Below are positions 12,944 through 25,348 of a stretch of 45,081 nt of DNA, in pieces. Under the pieces are notes generated by a model that did no database searches, had not been told where the DNA came from, and saw nothing but the letters and a program-made list of their open reading frames with translations. Within the stretch, counting starts at the first letter, position 1. Each line of letters opens with the position of its first letter. Both the position numbers and the translations under genes were made by a program. The DNA lies in assembly GCF_001194135.2 (NCBI RefSeq), contig NC_068985.1, positions 3,250,622-3,295,702 on the forward strand, given 5' to 3'. The stretch comes from Octopus bimaculoides. Lineage: Eukaryota.

Positions 12944-13564
12944 CTACAAAGGATCTGTAAAGATCATGGACAGTACCAGTCCTATCGAAGCAAATGTATA
13001 AAAAGATTGTTATGATCAAAAACATACCAAGCATGACCATCCTGTTTTGATTGTTTATTTCTTATATGGGACTACATTATCCTATGCAAACTTCTATTTT
13101 TAGGACAGTTTGATTTAAGGGAGATTTGGTTGCTAGTTCTAGCAGAATGAGTGACTAAGTATTGGCCCTTCATTATGTTTTAGTTGTATTACTTACTAGT
13201 TGTATACCAATTTCTAAATAGTTTTGGGCAATGGAAGGTTTTGCAAATTCCAACACATGCCCTTCAATCATTAGACAATAAACTGCACTTGTTGGGGCAA
13301 ATGAAATCATTGTCGTGGCCAATGACAGTATCGCCTGATTGGTACCTGTGCCGGTGGCATGTAAAAAGCAACATTCAAGTGTGGTCAATGCCAGTACCAC
13401 CCGACTTGTCCAGTACCGGTGGCATGTTAAAAGCACCATTTGAGCATGATCATTGCCAGTGCTGTCTGGCTGGCTCCCGTGCCAGTGACACTAAAAAGCA
13501 CCATTCGAGTGCAGTCGTTGCCAGTCCCACCTGACTGGCTCCCATGCCAGTGGCATGTAAAAAG

Positions 13565-14073
13565 CATCATTCAGAATGATCAGAGTGAGTTTTCCAAGCT
13601 GCCATACTTTCATAATCACCATTACCCTCATCCAACTCATTCCAAATGCTCTGCACTATCCTCAGATTGACACCTAAACACTCTGAAATGTTCATATTGG
13701 AGCTTCCAGCACAAANNNNNNNNNNCTGGCTCCCATGCCAGTGGCATGTAAAAAGCATCATTCAGAATGATCAGAGTGAGTTTTCCAAGCTGCCATACTT
13801 TCATAATCACCATTACCCTCATCCAACTCATTCCAAATGCTCTGCACTATCCTCAGATTGACACCTAAACACTCTGAAATGTTCATATTGGAGCTTCCAG
13901 CACAAATGCCAAGCAGTGCAGCATGTTGTTTCCAAATTTTTGGCAGAGTAAATTGTGTCATGGTGCTGTTTTCTCACAGAGGGTGCCCTACTATATCGTG
14001 TAATTGACAAAATTAAAAATACACAATGTGCAAAATTGAAAATATAAAATGGCGACAATTTACCCATCGCACC

Positions 14074-14076
<3 letters not shown>
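13565..14076 (-). mobile_element. Tc1/mariner-superfamily transposon, left end plus transposase N-terminus (partly duplicated by assembly)
   Basis: TIR-like CTGGGTGCGATGGGTAAATTGTCGCC at 14076; MTQFTLPKIWKQHAALLGICAGSSNMNISECLGVNLRIVQSIWNELDE (HTH-like). Confidence 0.65.
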
Positions 14077-14119
<43 letters not shown>

Positions 14120-14399
14120 ATTGAATGATGAAAATGAGTGTTTAACACCATATTGGTGGATAGAATTTCTGTATTTGCGAATTAAGGCTACCATTAGTTT
14201 CATGTTAAAAAAAATAGGAAAATATCTTAATACCTTAATTTTTTAAGCTGATCACATGGAGGAATGGTGTTCGTCTCCATTTTGGAAAACTCAAAGTCTC
14301 GTTGAATTTGCAGAGAATCTCATGAAGAAAAACAATGAATCAAGGATCAGTAATCTTGGATGGCATCTTTTGAGTGGTTATCTCTCTTGGGTTTGATGT

Positions 14400-14945
14400 G
14401 CTATGGTAAAATTGTTTGCATTATCTTATATTATGTTCTGGGTGTATGTGATGTTCGTATGCTTGTGTGCTGAGGTAGTTAGTCATGTGGGGAATGTTTC
14501 TTCTGTGTGTGGAGTCCATGTATCATGTATATTCAAATTTCTTGTTCAGGAAAGGGGCTATCCTGGTGGGATTAGTGGCACCAGTGATGGTTCCTCTTTG
14601 AAGTGTTTGTGTGTGAAATATTGCTTGTGTATGCAAGAAAAGCAGAGGCCGTCCCTAATATTGACTGTATGATATTTAGTTTTACAGTTATACAAAGTTC
14701 ACATTTGGTACCCCATCCTCTGTAATTTTTGACTTTAGCAATGATGTTCCATTTTATCTGGGGGTTACTTACTCCACCCTCTTTCCATGTCCATATCATA
14801 TTGGATAGGGAGGTAGTGTGTTTTTTTGTGTTTGTTTTTTTTTTGTCTCTGAATGATGCCAGGCATTGTGTGTACCTTTCCTTGAATGAGTTACCCGTCA
14901 TTCTGACACATGTCTTGGTCTTGTATATGATTTTGGCCATGTATA
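14400..14945 (-). mobile_element. Penelope-like element, GIY-YIG endonuclease remnant
   Basis: ORF 14572-14940: MTGNSFKERYTQCLASFR..TSLSNMIWTWK..IKWNIIAK..Y..CELCITVKLNI, matching the PLE endonuclease consensus (T..FK.RY..H..SF; LS..IW.LK; C.LC..EK). Confidence 0.85.
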
Positions 14946-15006
14946 CAAGTTCTTTATATATATATTTATATATATATATATAAGCATGTATCTGTGTATG
15001 GATGTA

Positions 15007-15120
15007 CAGTGGAACATTGGTTTACAAATGCCTCTCATCACAAACAAAATGGTTTATGAAAATTTCAGTGACAAATGACCTTCAGTAGCGAATTAAATTT
15101 GTAAACCAAGATTCTACTCT
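15007..15120. mobile_element. Small pogo/Tigger-type (Tc1/mariner) MITE
   Basis: TA|CAGTGGAACATTGGTTTAC ... GTAAACCAAGATTCTACT imperfect TIRs. Confidence 0.55.
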
Positions 15121-15199
15121 CTCGGTGTATGTGTACACACACCTCATTACATGTCATTATTTCATTTACATATCTATGTTTGCATGAGTTGGACAGGTT

Positions 15200-15900
15200 C
15201 CCTCCAACACATCTCACCATTTCTGCACACATCTTTCTCCACCAAATTTTCCTTCAATTTGGATTTCCTTAACCTTCATTAGCCACCTGTTATCATCCGT
15301 ATGCATTACATGTTTGAGCCAACTCAGTCAATTCTTTTGCATATTACAGCTTATTTTTCCTATACCCAGTTTCTCCCAGCTCACCTAAACCAGGTTACTC
15401 TTATACACTTCTCCAGATCAACAAATACAAGACTGACCAATTTATCCTTAGCTAAACATTTCTCTTGTAGCTGCCTCACCACAGAAAGAGTATCACTGAT
15501 GCTACAACCAGGCATAAACCCAAACTGCATGTAAGCCGATTATCTTCCTAATAAATTGTATTAATAAACTTTCCATTACTTTCATAATTTGGTACATCAA
15601 TCTGATACATTTGTACATACTTCTTTCTACAACACCTCCTTTGCCCGCATAACAGGTGATGATTTTACTGCTACACCAGTCTTTGAGTATGACCTGGTTG
15701 ATTAGGTAGGCCGGCTCAAGCCCTACTTTAGATATTTCCGGCATTTCAGCAACATATATCTCATAGTCTTGTTGCTTCGTCATCTTAGTATCCTTAATAA
15801 CCATTTTAACAATAACTGTCTACTTCATCAGCTGGTCCCTCTGTTCAGTATACGAGGTAGTTCTTTCTCTTCTTACATACATTCATCAGCCTCTCATAAC
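15200..15900 (-). mobile_element. Degenerate RTE-clade LINE RT fragment with internal deletion
   Basis: KDWCSSKIITCYAGKG..ERSMYKCIRLM, QFGFMPGCS, VRQLQEKCLAKDK..FVDLEK, then a jump to WLKHVMHTDDNRW. Confidence 0.85.
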
Positions 15901-16374
15901 AGCATTTCCAAACCCCTTTCATTTCATCACATATTTGATATATATATATAACAACACTACCACCACCCCAACCACCACCCCAACCACCATAACTGTTTAA
16001 TATATGCTTAAATAATCAAGAGTTTGAAAAGGTTTAATAAAATAACTTTTTCATTATCAAGTTGGAGTTTAAAATACAATAAAATAAAGTAACAAAATTG
16101 TCCAAATTAAGAAGGTATTAATTTAGATATGGGCAGTGTAAAATTGTTAGTTCTGGCACAAAATCAAAAGCTGTCTCGAGTAAGTCGGTATCAAAAACAT
16201 TAACAGCCACTATTGCATAAAAGATACTAATATTAAACTAGATAAAAAAAAATAAACATTAAATATAATGAAATATGTAACTCATTAACTTGATGAAAAT
16301 CAGAAAAACATTTGAGATTTTATTAAGGTGAAGAGAAAATTGAAAGAGAAAATGGTAAAAATTACTAGAGCAAG

Positions 16375-16955
16375 TAAAAATGTGTATCTTTTAAAAAGAT
16401 ACCTGTGGAAGAGGTAGACCCAGGAAGACCTGGGATGAGGTGGTAAAGCACGACCTTTGAACATTGGGCCTCACGGAGGCGATGACAAGTGACCGAGACC
16501 TTTGAAGATGTGCTGTGCTTGAGAAGACCCAGCAAGCCAAGTGAGACCATAACCATGGCTTATGGCAGTGCAGCATAACCAGCCCATTTAAGAGTACCCT
16601 TGAATCATTGGGCAATAAACTGTGCTTGCAGAGACCTGTTGAGTCAAGTGAAATTGTTATCGTGGCTGATGACAGTACCACCTGATTGGCACTCGTGCTG
16701 GTGGTACGCAAAAAGCACCATTCAAATGTGGTCGATGCCAGTACTGCCTGACTGGCCCTCATGCCAGTGGCACATAAAAAGCACCCACTACACTCTCGGA
16801 GTGGTTGGCATTAGGAAGTAGAAACTTTTCCAGATCGGATTGGAGCCTGGTGCAGCCTTCTGGCTTGCCAGCCCTCAGTCAACCCATCTAAGCCATGCCA
16901 GCATGGAAAGCAGACGTTAAACAATGACAATGATGATGATGATGATGATGATGAT
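16375..16955 (+). mobile_element. RTE LINE 3' end with modular 3'UTR and (GAT)n tail
   Basis: GRPRKTWDEVVKHDL*TLGLTEAMTSDRDL..AVLEKT..AK* followed by the abundant tail repeat. Confidence 0.85.
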
Positions 16956-16959
16956 GAAG

Positions 16960-17975
16960 GTGGTTTTATGCCCACTTTCAAGATCCAAGGGCAAGTGCAC
17001 CATAGAATTGGATCACTTCAGCCACTTTCAGAAGAACCAAAATATTTACAGTTGTATGTCATTGGTGATATGAAAACCCAAGCACAGACAAGATATGAAA
17101 GGAATAAAGAAACAAAGTATGAATTCATATTACAACTACAAGATATGTTACATACAAGAAAGAGCTATATTAGAAGTTTCAAATATGCCCTAGAAAATAC
17201 ACCTGAAGAACTCAAAGTAGTGATAAATGCTGACAAGAGGACATCAGTAGAGCATTCCTGCTGCTATAATACACCTGAATGTAATGAAGTTGCTATTGCA
17301 ATATCTGAAGAAAAGCATATTCCTTCATGGGAGAGAGAATCAATTACAGAGAATAAAAGAAACACATTGCTCTTATGATGCTCGCCAATACCCTTTAATT
17401 TATGAGAATGGGGAAGATGGATACCCTTTTAAAATCTCTCAAAAGGATCATCATCATCATCTTTTAACATCCGCTTTCCAGGCTGGTATGGGTTCGACGA
17501 TTTGACTGAGGACTGGTGAGCCAGATGACTACACCAGGCTCCAATCTGATTTGGCAGAGTTTCTACAGCTGGATGCTCTTCCTAACGCCAACCACTCAGA
17601 GAATGTAGTGGGTGCTTTTACGTGCCACCGGCATGAAGGCCAGTCAGGCGGTACTGGCAACAACCACGCTCGAAATGGTGTATTTTACATGCCACCTGCA
17701 CAGGAGCCAGTCCAGCGGCACTGGCAACGATAAATGATAATACCAGAAAGACAGTCTTATGTATAGATTTTTACTCCTATGGTTCATCAAGACCAATTTA
17801 GATTCACTCCACCAAATGCGAAATTTGTTCTATCAATTTGCTGTGGACATGTATACAAAAGTTGAGGTGGAAAGATTAGTATTCATAAGATCCCACCAGA
17901 AAGAATTAAGATCTGAGTCATACATTCATTTATGTGATGGCATCAATAACGAAGTTGCTGCTGAAGACAGGCACA
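16960..17975 (+). mobile_element. Helitron RepHel fragment (Rep N-terminal region) interrupted by an RTE-tail insertion at ~17446-17735
   Basis: GFMPTFKIQGQVHHRIGSL, PKYLQLY, VVINADKR..EH..YNTP..NEVA, LQRIKETHCSYDARQYPL..GEDGY, LFYQFAVDMYTKVEVERLVFIRSHQKELRSESYIHL. Confidence 0.92.
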
Positions 17976-18059
17976 TATTTCTTATTTGGTTGCATGAAAA
18001 ATTTTTGAATGAAATTTCATTATCTTCAACCTGGGCAATGCCATGTATTTCTGTTAGTA

Positions 18060-18690
18060 TACATCATCATCATCATCGTCGTTTAACGTCCGCTTTCCAT
18101 GCTGGCATGGGTTGGACAGTTTGACTGATGGCTGGCAAGCCAGAAAGCTGCACTAGGCTCTAATCTGATCTGGCAAGATTTCTACAGCTGGATGCCCTTC
18201 CTAACGTCAACCGCTCCAAAAGAACGACAGTCAGGCGGTACTGGCATCAACCATGCTCAAATGGTGCTTCTTACATGCCACCAGCACGAGTGCCAATCAG
18301 GCTGTACTATCATCAGCCACAACAATGACTTCACTTGACTCAACAGGTCTTCGCAAGCGCAGCTTATTGCCCAATGATTGAAGGGTACTCTTTGATGGGC
18401 TGGTTATGCAACACTGGCATAATTTCATAGGTTGGACAGTTCCATGGAAAGTGACAAGTGAGAAGATTGCACCAAACCCTACTGTCTACGTGGACATGGT
18501 TTCTACAGCTGGATGTCCTTCCCAATGCCAACCACTTTACAAGGCATACTGGGTCCTTGTTATGTCGCACCAGCAACTGTGAGATCACCATGTAACTTGC
18601 AAGACAAGAGCCTTCAACTGAGTAGGGGAGCAGTATTGGGGGACAGAAAAAAAAAAAGAGTCTTGCATTAGAGGGAAACATTGCTGCCTC
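18060..18690 (-). mobile_element. Chain of RTE-tail repeats
   Basis: catcatcatcgtcgtttaacgtccgctttccatgctggcatgggttggac and downstream modules. Confidence 0.75.
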
Positions 18691-20214
18691 AGATGTTGAG
18701 AGAGTGGAAAGATAGGGGAGAGTGAGAGAGGAGAGAGAGAGAAGATAGTGAAGATATGACAGTGAGGGGACTGGGAATTAGAGAGGGTGAATGGGTGAGT
18801 TCATGAGATTGCAAAAGGTAAAGTGGCAGATGGAGGAGTGGGCAAAGGTAGAGAGAGGGAGGTGGGAGGATATGTCATTTAGGAGAGATTCAAGAGGGGC
18901 ATATTGTGCAGGTAGGGGTAAAAGAGAGTGGGGGAATGAAGTGGGTGGTGAGCATGGGCAGTGGAAAGGGAGTGTTGGGAAGATGGCTTGTGGGGAGGTC
19001 TGTTGGGAGGACAGATTTTTGTGCAGGAAGGGAGGAAGCGGAGCACAGACATAAAGAACATACCTTTATGGCCTCGATTTTATTTAGTGTGGTGAGTCTT
19101 CTCAAGCNNNNNNNNNNNNNNNNNNNNNNNNNNNNNNNNNNNNNNNNNNNNNNNNNNNNNNNNNNNNNNNNNNNNNNNNNNNNNNNNNNNNNNNNNNNNN
19201 NNNNNNNNNNNNNNNNNNNNNNNNNNNNNNNNNNNNNNNNNNNNNNNNNNNNAGAACATACCTTTATGGCCTCGATTTTATTTAGTGTGGTGAGTCTTCT
19301 CAAGCATAGCAAATCAATAATTTCTCATGAGACATTCTGTGCTGTATAGTAATGTCCAAGTGTACAGTAACATGTTAAATAGATAGCACACAATTATATC
19401 TCAATCAACCCTGCTTAGTACACCTCTATACTAGTAGAAACACTAGGTAGTGCTTCTACCAGTACATATTAAAGTGGAAAAATCTAATGTAGAAACAAAG
19501 AGCACAGTATGTATATTGTATTATTGTATTGTAATCAATATATTAGTGAATAATGATCACAAAGTAGACAACATAGTCACAGAAATTACCCCAAGGCTTT
19601 CATATTCAAAGGACTCTGGTATACACGTTTGTGTGTAACAGAATGAAACTTGAAGTAAAAAATTTCTCTGTAATTTTGTTAAAGATTATTGTAAAAATGT
19701 TCACAAAGTATTACAAAGAAACTTTATAAGGATAGACAAAGATTAAAAGGAATAGGGGCAGTAAACAAAAAAGAGATATTGAGAGAGAAAGGAGTAGGCC
19801 ATTAAAAAACACTACCTTGCAACGTAAGATTTAAAAAACAAACACAATCTCATAATGAATATAAATCAGCTTTCTAATTGAATTATGTAGTTGAAATCTT
19901 CAATGATAAAAGTTGTATAAAGCCACAATATGATAAAAAATATTAAAATTGGAATTTTTAAGTATCTTCTAGACAGCATAAACTTTAATAATTGCTTTCA
20001 TTTAGTAAAAAGTTACATACTCATAACTAATTAATAAGCAGCTTTTTTTCACTATAATGGATATAGTCGCCTGCTGGTAACTTTTTCCCATCTTCTAAAG
20101 GTAAATACCCCATCTTTGCTGTTTTCACAGCCATACTGGGCTTGGGATTTACTTTTCGTCTGTAAAATACCAACGTATTCAGCACTTTCAAAGTCTGCTT
20201 GTAAAATGTTCTCA

Positions 20215-20595
20215 TAGGCACAGGAGTGGCTGTGTGGTAAGTAGCTTGCTTACCAACCACATGGTACCAGGTTCAGTAGCACCTTGGGCAAGTGTCTTCT
20301 ACTATAGCCTCGGGCCGACCAAAGCCTTGTGAGTGGATTTGGGAGACGGAAACTGAAAGAAGCCTGTCGCGTATATATATATATATATATATATGTTTGT
20401 GTGTCTGCGTCTGTCCCCACAACATCGCTTGACAACCAATGCTGGTGTCTTTACGTTCCCATCACCTAGCAGTTTGGCATGAGAGACCGATAGAATAAGT
20501 ACTAGGCTTACAAAGAATGAGTCCTGGGGTCGAAAAGCTCGACTAAAGGCGCTGCTCCAGCATGGCCACAGTCAAATGACTGAAACAAATGAAAA
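20215..20595 (+). mobile_element. tRNA-derived SINE with internal (TA)n
   Basis: ggcacaggagtggctgtgtggtaag head, ggttcag B-box remnant, accttgggcaagtgtctt box. Confidence 0.8.
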
Positions 20596-20835
20596 TAAAA
20601 AAAGAATGTGCTGGTGGCACATGAAAAGCACCATCCAAACATGGTCAATGCCAGTTCTCCAACTGGCTCCCGTGTCAGTGGCACATAAAAAGCACCAGAT
20701 CAGATTGGACCTGGTGCAGCTGCTGGCTCTCCAGACTTCAGTCAAACCATCCAACCCATGCCAACATGGAAAACAGACTTTCAACAATGATGATCATGAT
20801 GACAATGATATATATCTGTGAAGCCTAACACTTGT

Positions 20836-21965
20836 GAACTCAGCCACTTTGCCGCCGCAAAGCCTAACGCTCGAAAGGAACTCAACCACTTTGCCTCCAT
20901 TAGGCACAATACTCGAAAGGAACTCAACCACTTTGCCTCCACAAGGCCCAATGCTTGAAAGGAACTCAACCACTTTGCCTCCATTAGGCACAATACTCAA
21001 AAGGAACTTAACCACTTTGCCTCCATTTGGCACAATACTCGAAAGGAACTCAACCACTTTGCTTCCACAAGGCCCAATGCTTGAAAGGAACTCAACCACT
21101 TTGCCTCCATTAGNNNNNNNNNNNNNNNNNNNNNNNNNNNNNNNNNNNNNNNNNNNNNNNNNNNNNNNNNNNNNNNNNNNNNNNNNNNNNNNNNNNNNNN
21201 NNNNNNNNNNNNNNNNNNNNNNNNNNNNNNNNNNNNNNNNNNNNNNNNNNNNNNNNNNNNNNNNNNNNNNNNNNNNNNNNNNNNNNNNNNNNNNNNNNNN
21301 NNNNNNNNNNNNNNNNNNNNNNNNNNNNNNNNNNNNNNNNNNNNNNNNNNNNNNNNNNNNNNNNNNNNNNNNNNNNNNNNNNNNNNNNNNNNNNNNNNNN
21401 NNNNNNNNNNNNNNNNNNNNNNNNNNNNNNNNNNNNNNNNNNNNNNNNNNNNNNNNNNNNNNNNNNNNNNNNNNNNNNNNNNNNNNNNNNNNNNNNNNNN
21501 NNNNNNNNNNNNNNNNNNNNNNNNNNNNNNNNNNNNNNNNNNNNNNNNNNNNNNNNNNNNNNNNNNNNNNNNNNNNNNNNNNNNNNNNNNNNNNNNNNNN
21601 NNNNNNNNNNNNNNNNNNNNNNNNNNNNNNNNNNNNNNNNNNNNNNNNNNNNNNNNNNNNNNNNNNNNNNNNNNNNNNNNNNNNNNNNNNNNNNNNNNNN
21701 NNNNNNNNNNNNNNNNNNNNNNNNNNNNNNNNNNNNNNNNNNNNNNNNNNNNNGCTCGAAAGGAACTCAACCACTTTGCCTCCATTAGGCACAATACTCG
21801 AAAGGAACTCAACCACTTTGCCTCCATTAGGCACAATACTCGAAAGGAACTCAACCGCTTTGCCTCCATTAGGCACAATACTCGAAAGGAACTCAACCAC
21901 TTTGCCTCCATTAGGCAAAATACTCGAAAGGAACTCAACCACTTTGCCTCCGTCAGGCCCAACGT
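20836..21965. repeat. 42-bp minisatellite (cgaaaggaactcaaccactttgcctccattaggcacaatact) spanning a 640-N gap
   Basis: Tandem units visible on both sides of the gap; two variants (…ccattaggcacaatactc / …ccacaaggcccaatgctt); sits just downstream of an RTE ORF end on the minus strand (21965-22100). Confidence 0.95.
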
Positions 21966-23459
21966 TCAAAAGATGTTCTTTACATGCCATCAGCATGGGT
22001 GCACTTGACTTGACGGGTCCTCTCAAGCACATCACATAGCCAAAGGTCTCGGTCAGCAGTCATTGTCTCTGTGAGGCTCAAAGTTCGAAGATCATGAGCT
22101 ACTAATGGCTCTGTGATGAAAACGACACAGACAACATTTTATAACACGTCTGGTACCTTCATGCAATCTTCATGAGTGTGAACATCAACAGCACCAAGCT
22201 AGGACAACTCATGAGACCAAGATAACCTTTGGTTACTTGTTGTTCCTGCCAGTGAGGTTTCATCAGTTTGTCGCATGGTTAGCCCTTAGGAGTCGCAGAT
22301 GGTAGTCAATTTCAGTTGAATGAACTGGAGTTAAGTACCTTAGGACACAATGCAACACTTAGTATGGGAAATGAAACACTGACCTTATGATTGTGACCCC
22401 AAATACTAATCATTAACCTAGTCTAAATAATAGTCAAAAAATAATTGTGGTCACGCGATATGCAAAAAATAGCAGCAAAATCTCCTTTAATGTGGGGAAT
22501 GATTACACACCCTTAAAAAAAAACAAGATGGTCGTGGCTGGAATGTCATTGATCCACATGTTCACACAATAGGAGTGAAAATATTTGTCTTTAGGGGAAA
22601 TAATAAATGTTCATCAAGGGGAGTAACTTTTGCACCTGAGAACTGTATACGATAAGTTCATTATTATAGAAAATGTAAAGGGAGAGAACTTTTACTAAGA
22701 TATCTCCCTTGTGTGTATAATATATAAATTCATCTTTTATTTTTTGTAAACGCCCACAATAAAGAATCTTTTTGTTCGAAAAGAGACTTTAGTCGCTTTC
22801 ATATCAGTCACTTGTTTCAAGAAGACAACTATAATATTTCAGGGAATTTTCATTCACCTTATAAATTAGTTATATAAAATAGATAATGATAGGCTTCCAA
22901 CAACATGGTTCAGGGTTCAGTCCCCTGTGCGACACCTCGGGCAAGAGGTACATTCAAACCTAAACACCCCGAACACACACAACAGATTAGCTACATATTT
23001 AATTAAGAATCTTTATTGCTTTCTCCACTTACCCAAATGCTCCACGGCTTATTGGTTTAATGAATGAAAAATCTTCAATTTGTGGAATCTGAAATAACAG
23101 AGAAAATTTACAACAATGGATAAAGAGTATATATTTTTTATAAGAGTTGTTTCAAGTGATACCAGTTTTACAATTTCCCATATTGAATGCTAGAAATGTT
23201 TTCATCAATATAATTCAAAAATGCCTTCAAGAGAACCTGGAATCATTATAAGGAAGTACCAAAACATTATGTTGAGAATACATCCAAGATGAGGAAATAG
23301 TCATAAATAGACATCAGTAAAATAAAATATATTCCATTTCAGGATAGTTGTAAAATAAAATGAAAAAAACTATTTTCATTTCACCATCATTATTTCCAAA
23401 TATTTTCTAGTTCTATTATGGCTAATTGAAATCCACAGAATTACCTCTCCTTCTCAGAG

Positions 23460-23650
23460 GCCATGTTCTGTCTGGGCCTTTCCTTAACATTATCAAGTCA
23501 TTCCTTTCCAATCACAGAATCAAGGTGGTCCTTGATGACTGACACTGAAAGTCATACGCCATCAATGCTGAACTGCTTCAAAGTTCTGTACTTGATTCAA
23601 CTCTTTTCCTCCTTTGAATGATCTGTTATTTCACCAATATCACCACTATT
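23460..23650 (+). mobile_element. CR1/Jockey-like RT remnant
   Basis: FLNIIKSFLSNHRIKVVLDD..YAINA..SVLDSTLFLL..DL, a decayed version of the (Q)GSVLGPTLF region. Confidence 0.55.
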
Positions 23651-23699
23651 TACTCTTGCCATGAAAAAACTAAGCTGTCTTAGTTAAGCTATTCAAGAT

Positions 23700-24110
23700 T
23701 GACATCTTGAATAGCAGAGTCCTCAGAACCATCAAGAACATCAAATGGTTCCATCACATTTCCAACAAAGAACTGCATGCACACATACATCAGCCCACAA
23801 CCCCCCACCTTATAGCTGTCTGTCACATGCGCTGGTACAGACATGTCCTCTGTCTCCCACTAGATCATCCTACCAGGGTTTTACTCTCATTTGACGCAGG
23901 CTGAAAGAGGCCTCATAGCAGGTCCCACACCAGATGGCTGGATATGATTGAAGATCACCAGAGGCTTGACATTGTCTTGGAGGATGCAGAGGGCTTGGCA
24001 CAGGACTACCAGCGATGGAAAGCATCGCGGATCTGGTCAGCTCTATGCAGGATGACAATACTGGGACCACTAACTTGGAATGACGCCAACCCCATCAAGC
24101 AAAAGCATGA
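23700..24110 (+). mobile_element. RTE-like LINE C-terminal remnant
   Basis: VLRTIKNIKWFHHISNKEL, MRWYRHVL.LP.DHPTR, KRP.SR.HTRWLDMI, LAQDYQRWK. Confidence 0.7.
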
Positions 24111-24140
24111 AGCCAGCCAAGCATGATCTGACCTGCAGCC

Positions 24141-24223
24141 CTCAATTCCTTGTTCTCAATTCCTTGTTCTCAATCCCTTGTTCTCAATCCCTTGTTCTCA
24201 ATTCCTTGTTCTCAATCCCTTGT
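24141..24223. repeat. 14-bp tandem repeat (ctcaattccttgtt), about 6 copies
   Basis: Directly visible. Confidence 0.9.
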
Positions 24224-25084
24224 GCCTTTGTTTCATTAAACTTGATGAATCTCAATTTCCAAACCAAACTGGAATAACCTCTTTTCTCATTAAAATTTTA
24301 TCGTTACTAATTTAATTAATGACGGCACATAGCCTATTGGTGAGATGTTTTGCACTCATAATCATGAGATTGTAAAAACACTTAGTTTTTCTGAGCTGAG
24401 ATTTGAAACAGAATCTAAGGATTCTTGCTCATCTGATCCACAGCTGAACAAACAAGTGCAAAAGAAATTTCTTTGTCTTGTCAAAAAAATGATGGATTGT
24501 TTCCCTTCGACCTCAGCCATGTCATTTAAGGTTGAAGTGGACAGGAGGCAACCTACATAGGTAGGAATTTTTCCTGTGATATGTCTGTCCTTCTAGCTGT
24601 CATGACCATTATAAATACAGCAATCCGTCAAGGGACAGGCAGACAGAGACAGTCAGAGAGAGAGATAGCCAGCTAGTAACTTCATCAGTTAAGGAGGCAA
24701 CACAGATCGAGATATTCAACATGAACGACAGTCGCAGAACATAAACACACACCACTGAATGACCAACACACACACAGACACAAAACCTGTTCAGTTCTAC
24801 CCTATCATATCAACACAGTATTTACCCTGTCAATTTCTTTGCCAGCTCAAAGCAGTTGGTAATGTGATGTAGTGAAATATTTGGTGTATACGAGTAAATG
24901 CAAATGTTTAAATAAATTATTTAAACTACAATCCAATGTTTCTCCATTGTTTCACTTTGATGTCATCCATATGCCTATTTCATCTGCTACCTCAACATAT
25001 TTTGCTACACCTTTCCCACTACAAGATCAGTCCTGATTTCCAGACAAATTGTACATTGTGTTCTTGAGCAAAACACTTCATTCA

Positions 25085-25348
25085 TTTCTATATCTAAGAG
25101 ATGAGGAATTATGTACATCATTTAAATTTGACGGATATTTGTCCTCATCTTGTTTGTTGTTAACACAACATTTCAGTTGATATACCCTCCAGCCTTCATC
25201 AGGTGTCTTGGGGAAATTTCGAACCTGAGTTCTCATTCCTAAGGTAGTTTTCAATGTTATTATTATTATTCAGGTCACTGCCTCGAATCAAACTCAGAAT
25301 CTTGGGGTTAGTAGCCCGCTCTCTTAACCACTACGCCATATGCCCGTG
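25085..25348 (-). mobile_element. tRNA-headed SINE with Penelope-like, hammerhead-like tail
   Basis: A box TGGCGTAGTGG (25328-25338); B-box remnant GTTTGATTCG (25284-25293); tail gacacCTGATGAaggctggagggtatatcaactGAAAtgttgtgtt. Confidence 0.7.

Noticed and set aside
13544-13900. Apparent ~170-bp tandem duplication
   Set aside because: Identical copies flank a 10-N gap (13716-13725), the signature of unmerged contig overlap.
19055-19305. Direct repeat around a gap
   Set aside because: Identical ~50 bp on both sides of an N-run; a collapsed repeat or overlap that cannot be interpreted.
20794-22039. 400-aa ORFs on both strands
   Set aside because: Produced by a stop-free 42-bp unit plus 640 Ns; no gene context.
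4405-24690. Other CTGATGA occurrences (~4407, 4600, 15830, 15885, 22260, 24683)
   Set aside because: No stem II followed by GAAA at the proper spacing; not hammerheads.
24340-24800. Possible solo LTR or minus-strand exon (CGSDEQESLDSVSNLSSEK)
   Set aside because: No TG...CA ends or TSD found; the exon candidate has a weak donor and its phase does not match the 25838 exon.
25280-25348. tRNA genes (also at 30190-30306 and 20215-20290)
   Set aside because: No complete cloverleaf; A/B boxes continue into SINE bodies.
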